Program-made: the position numbers and the translations under genes
Shown here: one piece after another, positions 27,862 to 36,848 of the stretch
How positions within the stretch are numbered: position 1 is the stretch's first letter
Layout: every line of letters begins with the position of its first letter
Notes under the pieces: generated by a model
Told to the model about the DNA's origin: nothing
Seen by the model: only the letters and a program-made list of their open reading frames with translations
The model's database searches: none
DNA from: Phenylobacterium sp.
GTDB taxonomy: Bacteria; Pseudomonadota; Alphaproteobacteria; Caulobacterales; Caulobacteraceae
DNA: 64,000 bases
Direction: 5' to 3'
Assembly (NCBI RefSeq): GCF_019636135.1
Contig: NZ_JAHBYD010000021.1
Span: 12,166 to 76,165, forward strand

Positions 27862-30072
27862 TCAGAACTTCACGCCCGCTTCGATCGCGATGTTCCGCGG
27901 CGGCTCGACCCAGTACAGGGCCCGCGCGACGGTCGTGATCGGCGCCGGCAGCCGGAACGAGCCGCTGGTGGTCAGCTCGTTCGTCAGGTTGGTGCCCACC
28001 AGGGCGACGTGCCAGGCCTTCTCGGGCGGCGAGACCTCGATCCGCGCGTCGACCTTGGCGTAGCCCTTCTGGCGGCCGTAGAGCGGGCTCTGGTCGTCCG
28101 AGTTGAAGTACTTGGAGCGGCCGGCCACGGCGACCGTGGTGGTGAGCTGCAGGTCCTCGCCGATGTCGGCGACGTAACGGCCGCGGACCTGGCCGCTCCA
28201 CTTCGAGATGTTCGGCAGCGGCGAGCCCTTCAGGTTGTTCGCCAGCACGCTGGCCGGGACCGCCGGATTGCACGCGGTGATCGGCTGGCTCGCCAGGCAC
28301 TGGGCGCCCGGATAGTCGTCGTACTTCACGTCCTGGTAGGCGCCGGTGGCGTTGACGTCGAACCTGTCGGTCAGGAACCACGTCGCCGACAGCTCGACGC
28401 CCTTGCCGCTGGCCTTGGCCGCGTTGCCGACGATGTAGCTCTGGATGTTCGAGTTGTAGGTCGAGACTTGCAGGTCGTCGAACTTGGTCTCGTAGATCGC
28501 CCCGTTCAGCACCAGCCGGCCGTCGAGCAGGGTGCTCTTGACGCCCGCCTCGAAGTTCTCGGACTTCTCGGGCGCGAACACGAAGGTCGCGTTCGTCGTG
28601 GCGTAGGTGTTGGAGACGAAGCCGCCCGACTTCGAACCCTGGCCGTAGGTCGCATAGACCATGACGCTGGGCGTCACGTCGTACTGGACCGTGATCGAGG
28701 GGTCGACGTCGCCTTCCGAGATGTCGGCCCGCGCCGAGGTGATCGGGCGGAAGGGGAACGGCCCCAGCAGCGAGGCCACGTCGAACGCGCCGCGCTTCTT
28801 GGTGTGCGAGTAGCGCAGGCTGCCCAGCACGCGCAGCGAGTCGCTGGCGTGGAAGGTGCCCTGGCCGAAGACCGACCAGGATTCCGACTGCTGCTTGAAG
28901 TGGCTGTACATGATGAACTGGCCGAGGCCCGCGATGCCGTAGTAGTTGTACTGGTCCACCACGTACTGGCCGTTGTCGTAGTACGCGCCGATGATGTACT
29001 CGAACTTCTGGCCGGTCGGCGACTGCAGCCGCACTTCCTGCGACCACTGCTGGAAGTATTCCGGATAGTTGTTCGACACCGTGTTCGGCGTCACGCCGCC
29101 GCCCGGGATCGACTGGTCGAAGTCGTTGGTGTGCTTGGCCTTGAACGACGAGAAGCCCGAGACCGAGACCAGGCTCACCGGGCCCAGGTCCAGCGTGCCG
29201 GTGCCGGCCACGTTCCACGCGATGGTGTCGAAGCCGGCCTCGCCCAGCGGGCCGTCGGTGGTGAAGCGCGTCTTCTTCGGCGTCTGCTCGGTGGTCAGCA
29301 GGCCGGCCGAGGTGACGTTGCCGCGCTGCCGCGACTGGCTGTACTCGACCTTGCCGACGTAGTCGAAGGCCTCGTTGGCCACGTAGCGCATGGTCAGGCG
29401 CGCCAGCACCTGCTTGTTGGTCAGTTCCTCGCGGCCGCCCTGGCCGGCGTTCTTCATGAAGCCGTCCTGGTCGCGGAGCTTCAGGGCGACGCGCGCGCTG
29501 AGCTGCTCGCTCAGCGGCCCCGAGACGTAGCCGAACAGTTCGGGGCCGTCCTGGTTGAAGTGGTAGATGCCGGTGCCCGAAGCCTGGAAGGTGTCGGTCG
29601 GCAGGGCCGAGACCACGCTGATGGCGCCGGCGGCGGTGTTCTTGCCGAACAGGGCGCCCTGCGGGCCGCGCAGCACTTCCACGCGTTGCAGGTCGAAGAA
29701 CGGGGCCATGAATTGCCGGCCGCGGCCGGCGTAGATGCCGTCGACGTAGAGGCTGACCGCCTGGTCGAACGAGTAGTTCTGCGAGGGCGAGCCGAAGCCG
29801 CGGATGTAGATGACGTCGTTGCCGCCGATGTTCTGGACGTTCATGTTCGGCACGTTGACCTGCCGGAAGCCCTCGGCGTGGAACGCCTCGAGCGCGCTGG
29901 CCGACACCACCTCCATCGAGATCGGCACGTCCTGCAGGTTCTGGGCGCGCTTCTGGGCGGTGACGACCACCTCGCCCACGTTGGTGGCGGCCGCCTCATC
30001 GGCGGCGTAGGCGCTCGTGGCCAGCAGGCCGCTCGCCAGAATAGTCGTGGCAAATAGAATCCGGGCGTTCAT
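27862..30072 (-). CDS. TonB-dependent receptor
   Basis: Signal peptide, VVTAQKRAQNLQDVP, RVEVLRGPQGALFG and C-terminal GVKF. Confidence 0.93.
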   Translation of the reverse strand: MNARILFATTILASGLLATSAYAADEAAATNVGEVVVTAQKRAQNLQDVPISMEVVSASALEAFHAEGFRQVNVPNMNVQNIGGNDVIYIRGFGSPSQNYSFDQAVSLYVDGIYAGRGRQFMAPFFDLQRVEVLRGPQGALFGKNTAAGAISVVSALPTDTFQASGTGIYHFNQDGPELFGYVSGPLSEQLSARVALKLRDQDGFMKNAGQGGREELTNKQVLARLTMRYVANEAFDYVGKVEYSQSRQRGNVTSAGLLTTEQTPKKTRFTTDGPLGEAGFDTIAWNVAGTGTLDLGPVSLVSVSGFSSFKAKHTNDFDQSIPGGGVTPNTVSNNYPEYFQQWSQEVRLQSPTGQKFEYIIGAYYDNGQYVVDQYNYYGIAGLGQFIMYSHFKQQSESWSVFGQGTFHASDSLRVLGSLRYSHTKKRGAFDVASLLGPFPFRPITSARADISEGDVDPSITVQYDVTPSVMVYATYGQGSKSGGFVSNTYATTNATFVFAPEKSENFEAGVKSTLLDGRLVLNGAIYETKFDDLQVSTYNSNIQSYIVGNAAKASGKGVELSATWFLTDRFDVNATGAYQDVKYDDYPGAQCLASQPITACNPAVPASVLANNLKGSPLPNISKWSGQVRGRYVADIGEDLQLTTTVAVAGRSKYFNSDDQSPLYGRQKGYAKVDARIEVSPPEKAWHVALVGTNLTNELTTSGSFRLPAPITTVARALYWVEPPRNIAIEAGVKF

Positions 30073-30199
30073 CGCCGCCTCCCCCTTTGATCAACGTCGA
30101 CGTTCTTCGGTCGAGCTTGTTCACGACCGCCGCCGTCCACGCCGGGCGTCAGTGTCCTTGACGCCGAGGCGAGGCCCGGGGCTGCCGCGTTTCGAAAGT

Positions 30200-30227
30200 C
30201 CTTAGATGTATAATTAGATTCCTAAGT
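30200..30227. promoter_or_regulatory. Tandem ACTTAG-N4-CTAAGT operator copies upstream of the TBDR
   Basis: AATTAGATTCCTAAGT (30212-30227, 11/12) overlapping CCTTAGATGTATAATT (30200-30215, 9/12). Confidence 0.7.
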
Positions 30228-30289
30228 GTTTCTGTCAACGGGACCCTCGCCGGCGCCTTGCGAGGCGGCCGGGTTCTGGAGAGGTGTGG

Positions 30290-30898
30290 CTATTTTGCCG
30301 TTTCGAGCGGCCGGCTCTCGGCCTTGAAGACCACCGGGCGCGACTTGCGGCCCTCGGCGTCGACCGCCTCGTGCGCCACGTCCTGGGCGGTGAAGCCCGA
30401 GTGGGTCCACGAGGCGAATTCCAGCATCACGCCGTCGGGATCCCAGAAGTAGATCGAGCGGACGAACACGTCGTCGGTCATCTCGGGGCTGACCTGGTTG
30501 GGCGAGTTGTCGTGGTTCAGCACCGGGCCGGTCTTGATGCCCTTGGCCTTCAGCTTCTCGACGTACTCGTCGAACCGCTCGGCCGGGACGTTGAAGGCGA
30601 TGTGGTTCATCGAGCCGTGGGCCGAGCGGATGTCGCCGCCGCCGGGCAGTTGCGCCGGCGCCGCGACGCCCGGGGCGGCCGCGGGCGAGTTCGGGAACCA
30701 GAAGAAGGCCAGCGAGTCGCCGTTGCCGATGTCGAAGAAGAAGTGCTGGCCCATGCCGTTGGGCAGGTCGAGGGTCTTCACCAGCGGCATGCCCAGCACG
30801 TCGCGATAGAACTCGACCGTCTTGGCCATGTCCTTGCAGACCAGCGCCAGGTGGTTCACGCCTCGGATATCGAATTCGTGGTTGATCGGCTGAGCCAT
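30290..30898 (-). CDS. VOC/glyoxalase-family protein
   Basis: GVNHLAL...FYRDVLG, MNHIAF and SIYFWDPDGVMLEF motifs. Confidence 0.85.
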   Translation of the reverse strand: MAQPINHEFDIRGVNHLALVCKDMAKTVEFYRDVLGMPLVKTLDLPNGMGQHFFFDIGNGDSLAFFWFPNSPAAAPGVAAPAQLPGGGDIRSAHGSMNHIAFNVPAERFDEYVEKLKAKGIKTGPVLNHDNSPNQVSPEMTDDVFVRSIYFWDPDGVMLEFASWTHSGFTAQDVAHEAVDAEGRKSRPVVFKAESRPLETAK

Positions 30899-31020
30899 GT
30901 CGTTCTCCTCCTTCGAGCCGGCGCTCGATCATTGTCGTGCGAATTAGAAGCCGTGCGCCGGCCTTCGTCAATTTGATTGACGGTCGGCGCGGCCGGTGCG
31001 CGGGTCGCTGGACCGTCTTC

Positions 31021-31036
31021 GCTTAGGATACTAAGT
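31021..31036. promoter_or_regulatory. ACTTAG-N4-CTAAGT operator copy (11/12)
   Basis: GCTTAGGATACTAAGT directly before the kinase start. Confidence 0.7.
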
Positions 31037-31037
31037 A

Positions 31038-32048
31038 TTGCGTGTGGAGGCCACCCAAGAGATCGTCGAGGCGCTGCGGGCGGGCGGATTCCTGCCGCCC
31101 GGAGCCGAGCCCCGGCTGCGCCCGCTGGCCGGAGGCGTGTCCAGCGACGTGTTCCGCCTCGACCTGCCGGACGGCCCGGTGTGCGTGAAGCGGGCCCTGG
31201 CCAAGCTGCGGGTGGCCGCCGACTGGCGCGCGCCCGTGGAGCGGTCGCACTACGAGGTCGAGTGGCTGAAGGCGGCCCGGGCGTTCGCGGGCGAGGCGGT
31301 GCCGCAGGTGCTCTACGAGGACGAGGCGGCGAACCTTTTCGTGATGAGCTTCTACGACCCCGCCACGCACAGCGTCTGGAAGTCGGACCTGGCGGCGGGC
31401 CGGGTCGACGCGGGCCTCGCGGGCGCGGTGGGGTGGATGGTGGCGGCGATCCACGCGGGCGCGGCCGGCGACCCCGCCGTCGCGGCGCGGTTCCGGACGA
31501 CCGGGATGTTCGAGGATCTGCGCCTGGCCCCGTTCCTGCGCCGCTGCGCCGAGGTCCATCCCGATCTCTCCGGCCGCCTGGTCGCCCTGGCCGACCGCAC
31601 CGCCGCGGCGCGCATCACCCTGGTGCATGGCGACGTCAGCCCGAAGAACATCCTGCATGGCCCGCACGGCCCGGTGCTGCTGGACGCCGAGTGCGCCTGG
31701 TACGGCGACCCGGCCTTCGACCTCGCCTTCTGCTCGGCGCACCTGCTGCTGAAGGCCGTCTGGAAGCCTGCGCACCGGGCGGCCTACCTCGGCGCCTACG
31801 ACGCGTTGCAGCGCGGCTATCTCGCGGGCGTCGACTGGGAGAGCCCGGGCGCGCTCGACGCCCGCGCCGCGCCGCTGACCGCCGCGATCCTGCTGGCGCG
31901 CGTGGACGGCAAGTCGCCCGCCGACTACCTGCAGACCCCGGAGGACAAGGGATTCGTCCGGGGCGTCGCCCGCCGCCTGGTGGCGCAGGAAACGCCGTCG
32001 ATGGCGGCGCTGGCGGGCGCCTGGAAGGAAGCCCTGGAGGCAAGATGA
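31038..32048 (+). CDS. APH/MtnK-like small-molecule kinase
   Basis: GGVSSDV, VKRA, HGDVSPKNIL and LLDAE..WYGDPAFD motifs. The start codon is uncertain. Confidence 0.8.
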   Translation: MRVEATQEIVEALRAGGFLPPGAEPRLRPLAGGVSSDVFRLDLPDGPVCVKRALAKLRVAADWRAPVERSHYEVEWLKAARAFAGEAVPQVLYEDEAANLFVMSFYDPATHSVWKSDLAAGRVDAGLAGAVGWMVAAIHAGAAGDPAVAARFRTTGMFEDLRLAPFLRRCAEVHPDLSGRLVALADRTAAARITLVHGDVSPKNILHGPHGPVLLDAECAWYGDPAFDLAFCSAHLLLKAVWKPAHRAAYLGAYDALQRGYLAGVDWESPGALDARAAPLTAAILLARVDGKSPADYLQTPEDKGFVRGVARRLVAQETPSMAALAGAWKEALEAR

Positions 32049-33346
32049 AGACGACGATCGCCGCCGTGCGCGGACGCCAGGTCTGGGACAGCCGCGGCCG
32101 CCCGACGGTGGAGGCCGAGGTGACGCTGGCCGGCGGCGCCGTGGGCCGCGCGATCGCGCCGGCCGGCGCCTCGCGCGGCGCGCACGAGGCGATCGACCTG
32201 CGCGACGGCGGCGAGCGCTTCGGCGGCATGGGCGTGGGCCGCGCGACGGCGGCGGTGAACGGCGAGATCGCCCGCCTGCTGGCCGGCCGCGACGCCGCCG
32301 ACCAGGCGGGGCTGGACGCGGCGATGGCCGAGGCCGACGGCACGCCGAACCTGGCCCGGCTGGGCGGCAACGCGACCGTGGCCGTCTCGCTGGCGGCGCT
32401 GCATGCCGCGGCCGCCGCCGACGGCCTGCCGCTGTGGGCGCACCTGGCCCAGGGCCGGAAGGTCCGCATCCCGCTGCCCGAGATCCAGATCTTCGGCGGC
32501 GGCGCGCATGCCGGGCGGCGCACCGACGTGCAGGACTTCATGGTCATGTGCCCCCGGGCGGCCACCATCCGCGAGGCGTTCGAGGTCACCGCCGACGTGT
32601 TCCGCGCCGCCGGCCGGCTGATGGAGGAGACCGGCCGTCTCGCCGGCGCCGCCGACGAGGGCGGCTGGTGGCCCGTGTTCGATTCCAACGAGGACGCCCT
32701 GGCCGCGCTGCTCAGGTCCATCGAGATGTCGGGCCACCGGCCGGGCGAGGACGTGTTCATCTCGCTGGACGTGGCGGCCAACGAACTGGACGGCGGCGAC
32801 GGACGATACCGCCTGGGCCTGGACGGCGCCGAATACGGCAGCGAGGCGATGGTCGAGCGCGTGGCCGGATGGGTGCGCCGCTATCCGATCCTCTCCATCG
32901 AGGACCCGGTCAGCCAGGACGACCTCGCGGGCTTCGCCGCCGCCACGCGGCAGTACGGCGAGCGGGTGCAGCTCATCGGCGACGACATCCTGGTCACCAA
33001 CGCCGAGCGCGTGCGCCGCGCCGCGGACGCCGGCGCCGGCAACGCGGTGCTGGTCAAGGTCAACCAGGCCGGCACGGTCAGCCGCGCCAAGGCGGCGCTG
33101 GACGCCTCCAGGGAACTCGGCTGGGCGGCCATCGTCTCCGCCCGTTCCGGCGAGACCGAGGACGTGTCCATCGCCCACCTGGCCACCGGCTGGGACGCGG
33201 GCCAGATCAAGGTCGGCAGCTTCTCGCGCTCGGAGCGGATGGCGAAGTGGAACGAGCTGCTCCGGATCGAGGAGGCCATGGGCGCCGACGCGGCCTTCGC
33301 CGGCCCGTCGGCCTTCGCCGCGTCGGTGGCGGCGGGGTTGGCGTGA
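32045..33346 (+). CDS. Enolase paralog with altered active site
   Basis: DSRGRPTVE, GAS, DEGG, LDVA, IEDP, GDD, KVNQ and KVGS.SRSER motifs, but QDF (canonical QEF) and SARSGET (canonical SHRSGET). Confidence 0.88.
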   Translation: MKTTIAAVRGRQVWDSRGRPTVEAEVTLAGGAVGRAIAPAGASRGAHEAIDLRDGGERFGGMGVGRATAAVNGEIARLLAGRDAADQAGLDAAMAEADGTPNLARLGGNATVAVSLAALHAAAAADGLPLWAHLAQGRKVRIPLPEIQIFGGGAHAGRRTDVQDFMVMCPRAATIREAFEVTADVFRAAGRLMEETGRLAGAADEGGWWPVFDSNEDALAALLRSIEMSGHRPGEDVFISLDVAANELDGGDGRYRLGLDGAEYGSEAMVERVAGWVRRYPILSIEDPVSQDDLAGFAAATRQYGERVQLIGDDILVTNAERVRRAADAGAGNAVLVKVNQAGTVSRAKAALDASRELGWAAIVSARSGETEDVSIAHLATGWDAGQIKVGSFSRSERMAKWNELLRIEEAMGADAAFAGPSAFAASVAAGLA

Positions 33347-34290
33347 AGGCGGTCCTGCACTACCGCGCCAGCGACGGCTTCCGCGCCATGCTGGCCCGCC
33401 ACGCCCGGGCGGCCGGGGTCGAGGCCGTCGTGGTCGACGAGTTCGACGACGCGGCGTTCGCCCGCGAGATCGCCGGCGCCGAGGTCCTGCTGCACGTGCT
33501 GAAGCCGGTGACCGCCGCGATGATCGGCGGCGCCCCCGGCCTGCGGCTGATCCAGAAGCTGGGCGTGGGCGTCAACACCATCGACCTCGACGCCGCCAGG
33601 GCCGCCGGCGTGGCGGTCTCCAACATGCCGGGTACGAACAGCCAGGCGGTGGCCGAGATGGCGCTGGCCCTGATGCTGTCGGTGCTGCGCCGGCTCTCCT
33701 ACCTCGACCCGCTCACCCGCCGGGGCCGGGGCTGGGCGCCCGATCCCGACCTGATCGACGGCGTCGGCGAACTCGCGGGCCGCACCGTGGGGTTCGTGGG
33801 CTACGGCGGCTCGGCCTCGCGGCTGGGCGCGGCGCTGGAGGCTCTGGGCGCGACGGTCATCTACACCGCGCGCAGCGAGAAGCCGGAGCTGATCGGCCGC
33901 TTCGCGCCGCTGGCCCGGGTGCTGGCCGAGGCCGACATCGTCTCGCTCCATCTGCCGCTGACGCCGCAGACCCAGCGGATGATCGACGCCCGCGCCCTGG
34001 CGGCCATGAAGCCGGGCGCCATCCTCATCAACACCGCCCGCGGCGGCCTGGTGGACGAGCCCGCCCTGGTCTCGGCCCTCCGCTCGGGCCGGTTGCGCGG
34101 CGCGGGCCTCGACGTCTTCGATCGGGAGCCGGTCGATCCCGACAATCCGCTGCTGGGCCTGCCCAACGTCGTCGTGGCGCCGCACCAGGCCTGGCTGACG
34201 CCCGAGACGCTGGACCGCAGCCTGGCCGCGGCCTTCGAGAACATCCGCCGCCTGCAGGCCGGCGAGCCGCTGCTGAACCAGGTGGTGTGA
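33343..34290 (+). CDS. D-isomer-specific 2-hydroxyacid dehydrogenase
   Basis: GVGVNTIDL, VGFVGYGGS, SLHLPLT, INTARGGLVDE, LDVF..EP and APHQAW motifs. Confidence 0.9.
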   Translation: MKAVLHYRASDGFRAMLARHARAAGVEAVVVDEFDDAAFAREIAGAEVLLHVLKPVTAAMIGGAPGLRLIQKLGVGVNTIDLDAARAAGVAVSNMPGTNSQAVAEMALALMLSVLRRLSYLDPLTRRGRGWAPDPDLIDGVGELAGRTVGFVGYGGSASRLGAALEALGATVIYTARSEKPELIGRFAPLARVLAEADIVSLHLPLTPQTQRMIDARALAAMKPGAILINTARGGLVDEPALVSALRSGRLRGAGLDVFDREPVDPDNPLLGLPNVVVAPHQAWLTPETLDRSLAAAFENIRRLQAGEPLLNQVV

Positions 34291-34994
34291 TGCGCCCGAG
34301 CGTCGTCTTCGCCACCGGCCAGCTCCTGACCGAGGACTGCTGGGCGCCGCAGGTGGCCGCCCTCGATCCGGACTACGACGTCATCGTCGCCGACCACGGC
34401 CGCGACGACACTATCGCGGGCATGGCGCAGCGGTTGCTCGACGCCGCGCCGCCGCGCTTCCACCTGATCGGCCACGCCATGGGCGGCTTCACGGCCTTCG
34501 AGGTGATGCGCCAGGCGCCGGAGCGGGTGATCAGCCTCGTGCTCATCGCCACGCTGGCGCCCAACGACGGCCCAGCGCAGACCGAGCGGCGGCAGGGCTA
34601 CATCCGGCTGGTCGAGGCCGGGCAGTTCGACCAGGTGGTGGAGGAGCGCGTGCCGATCCTGCTGCCGCCGCGCCGGCGCGAGGACGCGCGGTTGCTGGGG
34701 CTGGTGCGGGGCATGGCCGAGGACACCGGCGCCGAGCGGTTCCTGGGCCAGCAGCGGGCGATCATGAGCCGAATCGACAGCCGCCCGTCGCTGGGCGGCG
34801 TCGAGGTCCCGACCCTGGTGATCCGCGGCGCCGAGGACGGGATCACGACCCAGGCCCACCAGGACGAGATCCTGGCCGGCATCCCGCACGCCCGCTTCGT
34901 CGAGATGCCCGGCGTCGGCCACCTGCCGACCCTGGAAGCGCCGGACGAGACCAACCGCCTGCTGCGGGACTGGCTGGCCGAAGTTCCAGGCTAG
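34290..34994 (+). CDS. Alpha/beta-hydrolase-fold protein with Ala at the nucleophile position
   Basis: Elbow GHAMGG (GGC CAC GCC ATG); GAEDG and GVGHLP retained. Confidence 0.8.
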   Translation: MRPSVVFATGQLLTEDCWAPQVAALDPDYDVIVADHGRDDTIAGMAQRLLDAAPPRFHLIGHAMGGFTAFEVMRQAPERVISLVLIATLAPNDGPAQTERRQGYIRLVEAGQFDQVVEERVPILLPPRRREDARLLGLVRGMAEDTGAERFLGQQRAIMSRIDSRPSLGGVEVPTLVIRGAEDGITTQAHQDEILAGIPHARFVEMPGVGHLPTLEAPDETNRLLRDWLAEVPG

Positions 34995-35012
34995 CCCCAC
35001 CCCAAAACAAAT

Positions 35013-35139
35013 CGTCATCCCCCGGCTTGTCCGGGGGACCCACTGAGCTGTGAGGCTGGTAGGAGTTCGCAGCGCCGCCGCACCTGCCTTGCTGCAACTC
35101 ACAGCCCAATGGGTGGCCCGGACAAGCCGGGCCATGACG
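35013..35139. repeat. CGTC-tagged palindromic element, hybrid arms
   Basis: Left arm CGTCATCCCCCGGCTTGTCCGGGGGACCCA; right arm is the complement of CGTCATGGCCCGGCTTGTCCGGGCCACCCA. Convergent junction. Confidence 0.8.
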
Positions 35140-35179
35140 TTCATCAAGGGTGGGGGCACCCTTGCTGCGGGGCCGCGAA

Positions 35180-36232
35180 CTAGCCCTGAAGCTCGCGCCG
35201 CACGATGGCGGCGCCGTCGGCCATGGCCTTCAGCTTGCCGAACGCGACCTCGCGGCTCTGGTACTTCATCCCGCAGTCGGGCGCGACGATCAGGCGCTCG
35301 GCGTCGATGTGGGGCAGGGCCTCGCGGATGCGCGCGGCCACGGTCTCGGCGGTCTCGACGTTGGGGTCGTTGAGGTCGATCACCCCGTACATGATGTGCT
35401 TGCTGGGCAGCTCGCGCAGGATCGAAGGGTCCAGCCTGGGCTGCGCCGCCTCGATCGAGATGATGTCGACGTCCGAGGCTTCCAGCTCCTCCAGGAACGC
35501 GTAGCCGCCGGGCTTGGAGGCGCCCTGATGCACATGGGCGTAGCCGAAGCAGATGTGCAGCGCCGTGATCCCGTCCACGCCCTTGCAGGCGCGGTTGATG
35601 GCCTCAATGGCGAAGCTGCGCGCCTCCTCGGCCTTGGCCTGCAGGTAGGGCTCGTCGAGCTGGACGATGTCGCAGCCCGCGGCGAACAGGTCGCGCATCT
35701 CGGCGTTGACGGCGTCGGCGTAGTCCAGGGCCAGCGCCCGCGCGTCGGGATAGTGGTCGTTCTGGGCCTGCTGGGTCATCGTGAACGGGCCCGGGATGGT
35801 GATCTTCACCGGCCCGCCTGCGCGCTGCTTGAGGAAGCCCGCGTCCTGCGCCTCGATGGGGCCGGTGCGGCGGATCCTGCCGGCGACGCGCGGCACGGGG
35901 TTCATCGCGCCGGTGCGGTCCATGGCCATGCCCGGCGGGTCGGTCTCGATCCCGGCCAATGCGGTGGCCAGCCGGTTCGAATAGCTCTCGCGCCGCATCT
36001 CGCCGTCGCCCACGATGTCGATGCCGGCCAGTTTCTGGTCGCTGATCGCCACCAGCGTGGCCGCCTCCTGGGCGTCGGCCAGGTCCTTCGGGTCCTTGAT
36101 GCGCCACAGTTCCTGCGCGCGCACGCGCGGCGGCAGGCGCGACTTCAGGCCCTCCCGGTCGATCAGCCAGTCAGGCTGGGGATAGCTGCCGACGATCGTG
36201 GTCGGAAGCAGGGGCAGGCCCGGAATCGGCAT
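35180..36232 (-). CDS. Cobalamin-independent methionine synthase II-like (MetE C-terminal domain only) Zn enzyme
   Basis: TTIVGSYPQP, DGEMRRESY, VQLDEP and Zn ligands LHICFG and APDCG. Confidence 0.85.
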   Translation of the reverse strand: MPIPGLPLLPTTIVGSYPQPDWLIDREGLKSRLPPRVRAQELWRIKDPKDLADAQEAATLVAISDQKLAGIDIVGDGEMRRESYSNRLATALAGIETDPPGMAMDRTGAMNPVPRVAGRIRRTGPIEAQDAGFLKQRAGGPVKITIPGPFTMTQQAQNDHYPDARALALDYADAVNAEMRDLFAAGCDIVQLDEPYLQAKAEEARSFAIEAINRACKGVDGITALHICFGYAHVHQGASKPGGYAFLEELEASDVDIISIEAAQPRLDPSILRELPSKHIMYGVIDLNDPNVETAETVAARIREALPHIDAERLIVAPDCGMKYQSREVAFGKLKAMADGAAIVRRELQG

Positions 36233-36248
36233 TGTGCGCAACCTGAAT

Positions 36249-36264
36249 AATTAGCATTCTATGT
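36249..36264. promoter_or_regulatory. ACTTAG-N4-CTAAGT operator copy (10/12)
   Basis: AATTAGCATTCTATGT in the divergent MetE-like / MarR gap. Confidence 0.6.
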
Positions 36265-36339
36265 ATTTGGCGGGTGCGGGACCCTGCGTGTCAACAGCCT
36301 CCGATTGCGGCGCTTGTCCAGGGGTGGAATGGTCTGCCG

Positions 36340-36819
36340 ATGAGTGACATCCAGATCTATGCCGACCCCGCGCGCAGCATCGGCTACCTGACCCGGATCG
36401 CGTTCCGGGCGTTCTCCCGGGCCCTGGAGATGCGGACGGCGCCGCACGGCGTCTCCAGCGGCCAGTGGCGGTTCCTGCGGGTGCTGTGGCGCGAGGACGG
36501 CCTGACCCAGCGCGAGCTCAGCCGCCGGGTCGGCATGCGCGAGCCCACCACGGTGATCGCGCTCAAGAGCCTGGAGCGCAGCGGCTTCGTCACCCGCAGC
36601 AAGAGCGTCGAGGACCGGCGCAAGGTCCATGTCTACCTCACCCCTCAGGCCAAGGCGCTGGAGGCCGAGCTGCTGCCGGCCGTGGCCGAGGTGAACCGCG
36701 TCGCGCTGGAGGGCCTCACCCCCGCCGAGGTGGACGTGCTGCGCAAGGCGCTGGTGCAGGTGGGCCGCAACCTGGCCGCCGACGTCCGCGAGGACGTCCC
36801 GATCGACTCCGCCGTCTGA
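36340..36819 (+). CDS. MarR-family transcriptional regulator
   Basis: SIGYLTR...FLRVLWREDGLTQRELSRR...DRRKVHVYLTPQ. Resembles the MarR at 15954. Confidence 0.88.
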   Translation: MSDIQIYADPARSIGYLTRIAFRAFSRALEMRTAPHGVSSGQWRFLRVLWREDGLTQRELSRRVGMREPTTVIALKSLERSGFVTRSKSVEDRRKVHVYLTPQAKALEAELLPAVAEVNRVALEGLTPAEVDVLRKALVQVGRNLAADVREDVPIDSAV

Positions 36820-36848
36820 CCCCAACGCCGCCGCCCGGAAGGATCGCG

